Assembly: GCF_002113885.1 (NCBI RefSeq) | Contig: NW_018405900.1 | Location: 344,005-408,004 of the forward strand | Length of the DNA: 64,000 nt | Reading direction: 5' to 3' | DNA from: Mizuhopecten yessoensis | Taxonomy: Eukaryota | In this document: positions 38,777 to 50,700 of the stretch, piece after piece | Layout: each line of letters begins with the position of its first letter | Numbering within the stretch: position 1 is the first letter of the stretch | The notes under the pieces: generated by a model | What the model saw: the letters and a program-made list of their open reading frames with translations, nothing else | Told to the model about the DNA's origin: nothing | Database searches by the model: none | Translations under genes and position numbers: made by a program

Positions 38777-39313
38777 TGTGACGTTTCGTTCGTTTCACGA
38801 TATCAATTTTGCGCGGAGTCAATTCAAGAGCTCCGTGTTCGAAATGACCTCGTAGGGTACTTATCCGTCACAATAATATAATGTAGGCTGTCTTGATTGG
38901 ACTATCTCCAGAGTAAAGAAACAACAAAGTTGGTAAAGTTCACAAGTGTATTAAGTCCAAAATCACATAAGAAAACAGTTACACAAAAGTATAGTCCACA
39001 CCGCACTCAGACCCAAGCTCACGTCAGACTCCTCCTCTCACCCACGATCACGCTCTTTTAGATCTATATCCAACTTGTTTACTCATATTTCTTAACGAGA
39101 TGATAATGTCAGAAATGACACCAAAGTGGGCATCTTCTGACACTTTTTGAACACCCTTATAATTGTTAAGTGGGCACTTTGTTACTGACTTAAGTCTAAA
39201 AAGAAGTGGAGTCGTTGGAATCTGTCTTGGCACTTATATGTACAACACGACTCCTTATTAATAATGACACAATATGTAAGAGTTACTTCCCTTTTATCAC
39301 AATATTCATTACA
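38777..39313. mobile_element. Solo LTR (537 bp), Gypsy-type by TSD
   Basis: TGTGAC...ATTACA termini with a 4-bp TSD CTAT at 38773-38776 and 39314-39317. Confidence 0.7.
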
Positions 39314-39574
39314 CTATCTTCAATTAATTGTACTTATTTTCAATTATTTAAAGATAGGTACAATTAATTGAATATATGTTAATTTGGCGTTTCATACGGA
39401 ACAGGGTGTCTGATGTACAAAAGTCACATCGTCTATATGAACCTTTAAGCTCTACTCTGGCATATTACTTCTGAGAAAAGGAAAGTTCTAACATTAACGC
39501 CTGGAGTATACTAACTTATCATACTATTAGGCAACAATTTGGTAGGGATGCCTTGAGATGTCGTGTATTAATGT

Positions 39575-40620
39575 CAACATGTGCTACTACTAGCGGATGA
39601 TCCAGTCGATCTACAAGTGATGATGGACATCAAAACTTATTATGCTGAAAAAGAGCAATATGTCATCAGCGCAGAGAACAGCAAAATTCTATGCTTCAAT
39701 GTGTCACCTAAAGAAGGACATCAACATCCGGGTATAGAAATCAAGGATTCTCCAATGGAGACAATTACCAAGTACAAGCATTTAGAGATTAACAGGACGT
39801 CAACTGATAAAAAAAAACCAAGTTGACAAAATTGCCGAAGAAAGGATCCACTCTGGACGCAAAACCACCTACTGGATTACGGGTGACGGACTCCATGGTT
39901 ACAGCGGTGTCAATCCAAAAGTACTCCTCCAAGTGTGGAATTGTTATGTCAGACCAAGAATGCTATGTGAACTGGCAGATGTAACACTGTCAATAAAAAA
40001 ACCAACGATACGGACTGTCTTAACATCTATCACAAACAAACCCTAAAACATCTCATGGGGCTACCAATATATATGGCTGATGCAGCAGTGTATATTATTT
40101 CAGGCCAGCTTCCTATAGAAGCCTTCATTGATAAACAGACCATTCTCATGTTTGGTAATGGTATACGTATATCACCAGTTGAAAAAGACATTGCAGAAAG
40201 ACAGTTGGCTATCAACATATATGTCCAAAATACTTTGGAGAAATTCAACTGACACCTATACCGTCTGCACATGAACTTCTCAAAAACATTCCCAAAAGAA
40301 ACATGTGGAAAATACAGGTTGAGAGTGCCATAAAACAATTTTGGATGAATCGCATTCATGAGTTACACAAAGGGAAATCTACATACGCCTTCCCCATTCC
40401 AAATTCAATGACAATTTCAAAGGTACATCACATCCTTGAATCGGCGCTACTGGATACACTGACAGTTAGGAAAGCGCTCACGAAAGCCAAAATTGCAGTC
40501 GGAGTTTATCCCCTCCAATACACCAGAGCAAAATATCAAAAAAACATCAAACCAATTAACCTGCTTAATTTGTAAGGATGGGAACGAGGATATTGAACAT
40601 TTTAAAACACGCTGTATGAT
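39575..40620 (+). mobile_element. Decayed LINE (RT C-terminal half to zinc knuckle); resumes at ~44388-44660
   Basis: LLLADD.., SKILCFN, KYKHL.I, W.CYVRPRML, and TCLICK..NEDIEHF..RC near 40555-40615. Confidence 0.7.
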
Positions 40621-41379
40621 AGCCTGGTCTATGAACACATTAAGTATGGAGGTGATAGATTATTAAGCCTCATTACCAAATTGTTCAACCTCATTGTAAA
40701 ATATGAGCATATACCTGACGACTGGAAAAAAGGAACAACTTTTACTTTGTACAAGGGCAATGGAAAACCCAAAGATGACCAAAACAGCTATAGTGGTATC
40801 ACCCTTATACCCGTCTTTTTCAAAAATATTCGAGTCAATTTTGTCTCTCAGAATGGATTTTTTACTAGATTCAGAAACGTTTCCAAACAGACAGCAATCG
40901 GCTTATATGAAAAAATTATGTAGTCTATGCACTTCCTTTAATTTACAGGAATGTGTGAGATACAATCTAGAAAATGACTCTGATTCTTTCGTTGCATTTT
41001 TAAATAGCAAGAAAGCTTTTGATACTGTTTGGCACGAAGGGTTACTTCTCAAACTGTACAAAATAGGATTTAAGGGCAACATTTTGACTATATTAAAAAA
41101 TATGTATAACGGTTTTGTAAGTCATGTCGCCTTTAAGGGTCACCAGTCATCACCTGTCCTCATGAAGAGAGGGATCTTACAAGGGGGGTCATTATCTGCA
41201 AAAATGTACCTGGTTTTTATTAACGATTTACTAAATGATGTCGAATCGTCAGGAAAAGGAGCTTTTTGTTGTTTTGTTTTTTTATCAATTTATTTTTCCA
41301 ACAGTTTTTCATAATATAGGTACAGAACAGGTATTTTCATTTTCACACTCTCTAACACACATTTTGACACTTAATTCAC

Positions 41380-41632
41380 TCATCATCAACATCATCCTGA
41401 ATGTTGTCGTCATCATCCTCACATTCATCATCATCATCATCACCATTATCATCTTCCTCATTCTCAGAATCATCAACATCATCACCATCATCATCATCAT
41501 CCTCACAATCATCATCATCATCATCAACATCATCATCAGCATCACTATCTCATCAGCATCCTGATACTAAACGTTCAAACTATCGTTCCTCATAGCCATC
41601 ATCATCATCCTCAACGTCATTGCCATCATCCA
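41380..41632. repeat. Degenerate (CAT)n microsatellite
   Basis: Read directly. It explains the poly-M, poly-I and poly-S ORFs in the track. Confidence 0.9.
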
Positions 41633-42257
41633 TACAATGTGTGTCATCAGCAACACACCTCAACAGACAGCCACTGAACCAAACTGCAACATCATTTTTT
41701 TAATTGGTACATTCAATATTTGACATCAACATACTCAACAATCATGATTAACTCATTCATAAAGAGGAAGATCAGCATAACACTTTTTCTTTTTAATATA
41801 TTATTACATGTATACACATTTTTATGACAGACAACATAATCCACATCATGTTATATTTTATTTCAGAACCAAATCATGTACTTCACTTCAATAAAAAGCA
41901 TGAACAGATAAACCCACTCCTATACGCTTTCACTCACACACACTCACATGCACTCTATCTACAAAAAGATAAAACTCCTGTAATTGCTTTATCTGATATG
42001 TGTATAATATTGTCGAAAAGGAAGGAAAGAGAAATAAAAAAGAAGAGAGGAAAAAGAAAAGGAATGAATAGGCATAGATATTTTGTTGCAAAAAATATCA
42101 TATTGATGAATTCTAGGGATAGATACCAGAGACAGGGATGTCAAACTATACTCATATAGTACTTAAAAATATATTACCAGAACCAGCAAAATATATTGCC
42201 AGAGTACAGGGCAGTTTCAATAGAATTAATTCATAATTAACATATATTCAAAAAAAA

Positions 42258-43410
42258 TTAGTCCACAAGCTCTATTAGCCGCATCCATTTTTCCCAGTAT
42301 GCAGTAAATTTCTGCATATAGCATTCACCTTTAGCAGTTGCAATATAACTTTGTACAGTGTAATGGTCCTTGATTTTAAGAATTAAAGAGTTGTTATTCA
42401 ACATTCTATTGTTACATCTAGAACTGTAAATGTATTGCTTAATTATTAAAAGTATTTCGTTATCGCTCTTATTAAACCGTTCTGTTTGTGTAAACAATCC
42501 TAATATGAAAGTGATTTTATTGTATTGGAAAGGAATTAGCAATGCATCTAGGATAGATTCAAAACTTTGCAAAAAAGACTGAACTTCTTGGCATTCCCAT
42601 AATAAGTGCACTATAGTTTCTTCAACTTGATTACAAAAAGTACATAGAGGATTATCTGAGATACCTACTTTAAAAAAAAAAAGAATTTGTTGTCAGTATA
42701 TGATGCGAAATTCGAAACTGAAGCCATTGTAGCTTTGTATTAGAAGTAACTTTGAAAGGGATTAGATGTATTCGTTTCCAGTTTTGGTCATTGATGTCAA
42801 GTTCAGCATTCCATTCAACCTGCCCAGTCGGAATTATTTTTCTATTTACCAGTGTGTTGTAAAAATGTTTTGAGCCTTTAGCAGAGAAAATTAAACTTTC
42901 CAGATTAACTGGAATATATGGAAAAGAAATTTTTAAAAATGGCATCTCATTACCTGCTAACAACTGTCTTACTGTAGCCATAACACCATGGAAAGTTAGA
43001 AAATCTGTGTTTATTTGGAATAAATCTATAAAATCCGGAAAATTGAGGAAAGAGTTATCCTTCTTGAATAAATCACTGATTAGTTATACCATTCTCTGTG
43101 AAATACTGACCTTCTACCAACACATATTTGTCTATTAAACCATATTGGAGTTTTCATGACCTCTTTCCCTTTTCTATATGGGTTTTCCTTCTCAGCCTTT
43201 CTTAGTCTTTCCCATGCCTTCAGAATATATTTCCAGAACTGGTTATTGCATCTATTATAACATGAGCAAGTAGGTTAATATCCACAATAGACTTAATAAT
43301 ATGCTGCCATTTACCTTCACTAAGGAAAAGTCTTTTGACCCAACTCAGTTTCAGAAAAGTAATAAAAGCCTCTAAATTAACCATTTTCAATCCCCCATCA
43401 ACATAGTTGT
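42258..43410 (-). mobile_element. L1/Tx1-clade LINE 3' fragment
   Basis: Minus strand reads GGLKMVNLEAF...KLSWVKRL, KLQWLQFRISHHILTTN and the zinc knuckle CTFCNQVEETIVHLLWEC. Confidence 0.8.
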
Positions 43411-45429
43411 GTATTGATACTAGGGTTAATATCCCCACACAAGCAAATGACATATGTTTGATCAGTAACACAAGTATTGATTTACAAGATATGGTTACAA
43501 TTTGCGAAAACTATAGTCGTAAATAGGGATTTTCATTCTCTGTTGATAAAAGTAAAATTGTTGTTTTTACAAAAGGCAGAAGACAAGTCTTGGAAAAAGA
43601 TGTGAATTTATATGGTAAAGCATTACCAGTTGTTGAAAACATTACGCACGGCGGTGTTGTTTTGAATTTTGAATTATGTACATCGGACAGAACTGAGTCT
43701 GCATGCAAAAAACTAAAAAGTGGAACCATGGCTCTTATTCGATCTGGTGCTCATCTTAGGACTATCAATCCTTTAACAGTTGCAAAGGTGATTAAGGCTA
43801 AAGTTTTCCCGTCTGCCCTGTACGGGTGTGAACTATGGCAACTGTCTAGAACTGAATTAATCAAATTAGAGCGCGCTCAAAATTTTATCGTAAAATCCAT
43901 TCAAGGGTTAAACGTTAGAACTAGAACTGATATGGTCAACTCCTTAATTGGATGGACCTCCATAGAAGGTTACATTGATATAAGAAAACATTTGTTTCTC
44001 GGTCGTCTTTGTAGACTGGACAGTAAATACTTAACTCATACTATATTTCTCAAACGCCTATTCATGCATATTTTGAAGGAGTCCTGTCAAACTGGTTTTA
44101 TTCCTGATATTGTGAGAATACTTCGCAAGTATGATTTGTTTAATTATCTGTTGCAGTATATATCAGATACAGTTTTTCCAAGTAGTTCATCATGGAAGTC
44201 AATTTCCTATAAAGCAGTTTATAATTGGGAAGAATTAATGATGTACGATAGAATGAACAACGATTCAGATTTNTGATGTTTTTATGTGCATTTAAGTATC
44301 AATCAATAATATTTGATTTGTATTTTGGCTACACTGTACATTTTTGTAACTCTTCAATTTAGAGGAAATAAAGAAATAATAATCAGACCAATTAACCTGC
44401 TTAATTTGTAAGGATTGGAACGAGGATATTGAACATTTTAAATTACGCTGTGTGTCCCTGGAATGCACCAGACTCCCCTACATAGCACAAATCAACAAAA
44501 TTATATTGGACCGCTGTGACGAAGTCATGTCGGCAACTATACTGGGTGACTGTCGACCTCTACTACAGATGATAATACCTCCCAGCTAGAAATCTGTGTT
44601 TTGCGCTCCATAATAGCAGAAGCGTACTGTTAAACTAACACTGCTTTATGTTCAAGGACAATATACATGTAGTGATGGAAGGTTGGCGACAACTGAGTGG
44701 TATGTGTGTGCTTCTATCAATCATTGGCTCAAGCGTGCTCTGCCGGATCGATACCCCAGTCCTTTATACTATACAGTAAAACTCCCACCACTATCTATCA
44801 AAGCAGCTATATCTCCTTGGGTTTTTACACGTAGGCCACTCCTATTCAGTGCTTTTTTATTCCCTTAATTATATTAAACCTCAGCTAACATTACTAGTCA
44901 AAGTACCTAGATAAGGTATAAACCGACTACCACCTAAGTTACTATAATGTTTTAATGCGGAGTCTTCACACACGTAATTTCACACACACACATATATATA
45001 TATATATAAGAAAGTTGAAGAAAACGATAAAATGATTAAGTTGTAACTTACTAAGTTATCGCACGGACTTAGATAATCCACGGAATTAGATTATCTAAGT
45101 CCGTGGATAATCTAATTCCGTGGTTATATTATTATCGTAAACAAACTTTCGTACATAAAGAGGGGTAATTACTCTGCAGTTATCTGATTGGTTCTTTCCT
45201 TGAACCTATTTGAAGACATTGGTTATCTTTATTTATGGTTTTAAAGGCGTGTATCAAATTTGCGTTTATAATCCGAAAAAATGGTTTGACATAGATTTAA
45301 CATATTATTTGAATTGTCATTTGTACATCGTATTTATTATTCGATATACAATAGATGCCTTTATAAATATAAATGGTTTACGGTATTTTATAAACGCCTG
45401 TAGTTAGTTTCGTATTTTTACTAAACGGA

Positions 45430-45505
45430 AAATCTACGCTGCGCATGCGGGGAATGCTCCTCTTACAAAAATGTTGCAGTGTTGTTTACATCGGTTTCCC
45501 TGCTG
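45430..45505 (+). promoter_or_regulatory. Probable KIF27 promoter/first-exon region
   Basis: TGCGCATGCG (NRF1-type) at 45440-45449, TGTTTAC (forkhead) at 45483-45489 and an adjacent GTTTCC X-box half-site. This is the nearest CpG-bearing non-repeat patch upstream of the ATG. Confidence 0.4.
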
Positions 45506-45893
45506 AGGAGCTACCGAAAGAGAATGTTTTCCAGTAGAAAAGATTATCATATAATCGTGTCATCATCATAAAGCGCATGTAATGTATGTTATCCTATATA
45601 TTGATGTGTTACTCAAGCTGATTGGAAGCAGTATATTTCTATAGAGGTGAATCGTTGAGAACTAACAGTTTTACGGTACAGAGCTACCGTTTGGGTCTAA
45701 AATTGGGAGGGTCTTTGTACAGGTAATACAATATTTATGAAGGTATATTGCACAATGCAAATGATTCATAGTGTTATGTTTTATATCCAAAACTGTTTAC
45801 TGTATCACTTGGTATTCAAGTAATTGTCGACCGTGTAATGTAATGGCTTGTGCACCTAGAATATCCTAGGTCAGCCTGGGTCAAGTGTTTTAC

Positions 45894-46033
45894 CACAGGT
45901 GTTTGAAATTCTGACTTTAAATTAGATAAAAATCATATAAAAATGAAGGGTATTACTACTTTTTTATAGTAATACCCTTATTTATTTAGATGATTTTTAT
46001 CTCAATTTACAGTAAGAATTTTGAACACCTGTG
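45894..46033. mobile_element. Fold-back/MITE, same family as 9327-9512
   Basis: CACAGGTGTTTGAAATTCTGACTTTAAATTAGAT... pairs with ...ATCTCAATTTACAGTAAGAATTTTGAACACCTGTG. Confidence 0.7.
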
Positions 46034-46344
46034 GTTTTACGATCTTAGCTGAGTTAGCAATATTGAAGTAGTAAAGAGCAGTTAGAAACACAGACCATTG
46101 TTCCATTAACTGTCTGAACCCATGAACAACTTTTAAAACATATGCATGCTTCATACATAGGATATGTTTTGTTAAGCCCATGCCTGGGATACAAAAATGA
46201 TAAGCACTCAACTTCAGATCACTGCTTCTTCTTAAATGTACAAGGGCTCCATCAATAGTGATGTTTATGTCTTTGGTAACCTGTGAAGAGGCGTGGAAAA
46301 GGGGATTATTTACTGTGATTTTTTTGTGTGCAGGGTATAAACAC

Positions 46345-46498
46345 AGGAGCCTGAAGTAACACAAGTTCTGTCAATAATTAATAATAATAGTAATACAAAA
46401 AAACCCACTATAATATGCTTCTATTTTTTAAGCATATTATAGGTATTTTTTTGTTGTATTACTGTTATTATTAATTATTGCCAGAACTTCAGGCTCCT
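46345..46498. repeat. AT-rich fold-back element
   Basis: GGAGCCTGAAG...TTCTGTCAATAATTAATAATAATAGTAATACAA pairs with TTGTATTACTGTTATTATTAATTATTGCCAGAACTTCAGGCTCC. Confidence 0.7.
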
Positions 46499-46639
46499 AT
46501 GGTATACGACCGAAAGGTAAAAGCTGGTGTATGTACTAGCATGTGATAAGGGCTTCAAGGGCTGCATAGGGTATGTGTGCCTTAAAGTCCTTGAGTATTG
46601 TGCTGCTGCTATAGTAGGACAAGGAATAGTGATAAGATA

Positions 46640-46712
46640 GTGCCATTGCTGGGGCTTGAACCTGTGACCCTTGGCTCTCCAGTCTGATGCTCTACCGCTG
46701 AGCTAAAGGGAA
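46640..46712 (-). mobile_element. tRNA-derived SINE head or tRNA pseudogene
   Basis: Minus strand TAGCTCAGCGGTAGAGCATCAGACTGGAGAGCCAAGGGTCACAGGTTCAAGCCC has A and B boxes, but the anticodon stem does not pair. Confidence 0.6.
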
Positions 46713-47749
46713 ATGCCCTACAGCTGACGCATGTAAGGTAACCTAATCAATGAGCGTCTTTTACACATCTATCAGCAAGCAGATTTCTCCAACATAAGCA
46801 ACTGAAGCTGTGTTTGTATCTGTTATCAAAACTATCTATCAATTTATCATTAAGTGATCCTAATTATGGATGTTTGTACCAAAGTTTTTGTCGGACATAG
46901 ACTTAAGTAGTTGTTTTTGTGTATGTGTTTTTTGTTTTAAATTGGGGGGGGGGGGGGGGGGGGGGGGACACTGTAGTCGATATAACAAAGTCTTATTTCA
47001 GCTCTGTGTATGGTTCCAAATGTGCTGCACATTATCTGGGAAAAAAGTATATTCAGTGCTCATTCATAATAATGAGTTTTTTGTAGTAATTCTAAATGTA
47101 TATGTTCCAACAAGATACAAGAAATTTTATTCAACGTTGCATACAGGTAAACAAGGAACATTAGCTCTTGAGAGCTATNACAAGACAAGATACAAGAAAC
47201 TTTATCTAACGTCGCATACAGATAAACAAGGAACATTAGCTCTTGAGAGCTATTATTGCGACAAACATATGTAAAAATAACAATAACATATTATATTACA
47301 AGTAAAGGGAGATACTCACATATATTAATAATAAAACAGTAATAATCATCACAGAAAAAGAAAGTATACATATCCAAGGTTTCTAAGTGATTCCAGCTGC
47401 AATTTCTATATATAGATTTAATATTAAATGGACAAGTTCATGCTTCAAATCCAATTTAAATATTGGAACCTTTTAAGAGCCATTGGCTACATTACACAAA
47501 AAATGGTTACAAACCATAAGGTAGTACACAAGAAACAATGATTACTGTAACAAAAACATGATCAAATAGATCTCCTGCTCATTGTAATGTTCGTTACACT
47601 TTAATTATCATTCCAGTACTGTGCTACACCTTTGGATTCAAGACTCAAATAAAGAGAAATTGACTAAAATAGGAACCAGAGTCCTACTATGTTACTAGTA
47701 TTTGTCTGGTAAGGTGGAATTAGAGATTTTATACCAACACTCCACCACA

Positions 47750-50700
47750 ATGACAGAAGTCAACGTACGAGTAGCAGTGAGGGTAAGTAATTATCTCCAG
47801 TTATTTAGATATTTAAAGTATAACAGTGTTTGTATCTTGGCTCTCCAGCTAGTTTTCCATTGGTTATATAGCATACTTTAAGCATGCTTGTAGATGTATC
47901 CTGTTTTGACAGTCCTCTTCGTTAACAAGTATTTATTAATGTAGACAGTAGTGTGGTTGCTGTAAGATTATAGTGGGCAGCTACAGAGAAAGCTCAGTTG
48001 AGATCTTTTTTAACCTCCAAATCAACTCTGTCTTTTCATGCACACATAAATGTAATGACAAAAAATCTTGATCATTTGTTAATACTAATGTCACTATTTC
48101 TGGTATCAACTCATCATATAGTTGACTATTTCTAATGGACTATAATGTAAACCGAATTAAAATAGGAGAAAAAATCTATGAAACCAGTTGCTGATTGTGT
48201 AGTTTTGTAAAGTTAGTGCTTGATAAAATCATTACTAATTCATTGATATGATCATGATGCCTTTGCTGTAAAACATGTGAATAAACTTTCAGGTACGCCC
48301 TCTGCTGCCAAAGGAAAAGATAGCTGGAGAGGAAATGTGTTTGAGAGTCTTACCTAATACAAAGCAGGTGGTTGTTGGCAAGGATCGGGCCTTCACCTTT
48401 GATTATGTGTTGTCCTCCAAGACTGATCAGGTTTGTGTTAAACTTGTTGTCATAAGTTGATCATATTTGTTTTAAGAGCTGTATGACTACAGACTGCAGT
48501 ATAGGGATCCCCACATAATTCATAACCCTAACAGTGTTCATGTATTCTTCAGAGAACTGGGATGAAGGAGTCAGCATCTTTTCAACCTCACAAAATTTAT
48601 GTTTTTATGAAAATCTTTCTAGTGGATACCTGAAGGTCCTAATGGAAACCTGTAGGTCCTTCAGGTTTTTCTGTTGCCCAATTTAGTTTTACAGTTTGGT
48701 CTGTTTTTATCTGTACAGGAGGAAGTTTACAAGTCTTGTGTGGAGTCGCTGGTTAAGAGTACCTTTGATGGCTACAACGCCACAGTATTTGCGTACGGTC
48801 AGACGGTAAGATATTCGTATAAATACTGGTTTATATATGATGACAAATAACCTTTCATATAGTATGATGAAAATGTAATTATGTAACAAATTTTTTAATA
48901 GCAGTTTTTAAAATTATCACAAAAGCAAGAAATATTAATCTTGCTTTTCAAGCATTTCTGTATGTGTATTCCCATAATTTTTTTCGGATCCATACACCTA
49001 CCCAGTATTCCATGTATGATAGAGCTAAAATGTGTAGTCATGTCTTGGATGTTTTTTTCTTCAGTTTTCCATTTTTTTCTCTGATTTCAGGGATCAGGGA
49101 AGACGTTCACTGTTGGAGGGGGAAATATTTCATGTGAAGAAGAATATGGGATAATACCTCGAGCTCTTAAGGAAATATTTGACACTATAGAGGTAATATT
49201 TGACACTATAGAGGTACTATGAGGAACTATTTGACACTATAGAGGTAATATTTGACACTATAGAGGTGATATTTGACAATATAGAGGTACTATGAGGTAC
49301 TATTTGACACTATAGAGGTAATATTTGTCACTATAGAGGTTATATTTGACACTATAGAGGTACTATGAGGTACTATTTGACACTATGGAGGTACTATTTG
49401 ATACTATAGAGGTGATATTTGACAATATAGAGGTACTATGAGGTACTATTTGACACTATAGCGGTAATATTTGATACTATAGAGGTACTATTTGACACTA
49501 TAGAGGCAATATTTGACACTATAGAGGTAATATTTGATACTATAGAGGTGATATTTGACACTGTAGAGGTACTATGAGGTACTATTTGACACTATAGCGG
49601 TAATATTTGATACTATAGAGGTACTATTTGACACCATAGAGGTACTATTTGACACTATAGAGGTAATATTTGATACTATAGAGGTGATATTTGACACTAT
49701 GGAGGTACTATGAGGTACTATTTGACACTATAGCGGTAATATTTGATACTATAGAGGTACTATTTAACACCATAGATGTTCTATTTGACACTATAGAGGT
49801 ACTATTTGATAATATAGAGGTACTATTTGATACTATAGAGGTGATATTTGACACTATGGAGGTACTATGAGGTACTATTTGACACTATAGCGGTAATATT
49901 TGATACTATAGAGGTACTATTTAACACCATAGATGTTCTATTTGACACTATAGAGCTACTATTTGATACTATAGAGGTACTATTTGATACTATAGAGGCA
50001 CTATTTGACACCATAGAGGTAATATTTGACACTGGAGGTAATATTTGACACTATAGATGACACTATAGAGGAGATAGTTGACACTATATAGGTGATATTT
50101 GACACCATAGAGGCGATAGTTGACACTATATAGGTGATAGTTGACACTATAGAGCTAATATTTGACACTATCGAGGTAATATTTGACACTATAGAGGTGA
50201 TATTTGACAATATAGAGGTACTATGAGGTACTATTTGACACTATGGAGGTACTATTTGATACTATAGAGGTACTATTTGACACCATAGTGGTAATATTTG
50301 ACACTGGAGGTAATATTTGACACTATATAGGTGATATTTGACACTATAGAGGTACTATTTGATACTATGGAGGTACTATTTGATACTATAGAGGTGATAT
50401 TTGACAATATAGAGGTACTATGAGGTACTATTTGACACTATAGAGGTAATATTTGTCACTATAGAGGTTATATTTGACACTATAGAGGTACTATGAGGTA
50501 CTATTTGACACTATGGAGGTACTATTTGATACTATAGAGGTACTATTTGATACTATAGAGGCACTATTTGACACCATAGAGGTAATATTTGACACTGGAG
50601 GTAATATTTGACACTATTTAGGTGATATTTGACACTATAGAGGTACTATTTGATACTATGGAGGTACTATTTGATACTATAGAGGTACTATTTGATACTA

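Larger units (their letters stand above)
36848..39396. mobile_element. TIR element with TAT...ATA ends and 6-bp TSD (IS3EU-like MITE), split by nested insertions
   Basis: TATGGAACGCCAAATTA at the left end and TAATTTGGCGTTTCATA at the right. TSD CGGAAC at 36842-36847 and 39397-39402. Internal AATTGAAGATAT-type subrepeats occur in all three surviving pieces. Confidence 0.75.
40640..44384 (+). mobile_element. 5'-truncated LINE (RTE-X/CR1-L2-like), split by an L1/Tx1-like fragment and a microsatellite
   Basis: 40690-41265 reads IPDDWKKG..YKG..K.D.NSY.GITL, KKAFDTVWHEGLL.KL, GILQGGSLS..YLVFINDLL. It resumes at ~43460-44270 with DLQDMV.IC..YS...FS.DKSKIVVF...PSALYGCELW, and has a tail AATAAAGAAATAATAAT at 44367-44383. 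Confidence 0.8.

Noticed and set aside
41235-41595. Poly-Ile, poly-Met and poly-Ser ORFs
   Set aside because: They are translations of a (CAT)n microsatellite.
46640-46712. Functional tRNA gene
   Set aside because: A and B boxes are present but the anticodon stem does not pair; it is better read as a SINE head or pseudogene.
47111-47253. ~75-bp direct duplication around the N at 47179
   Set aside because: Two slightly different copies on either side of a single N point to a contig-join overlap of two haplotypes.
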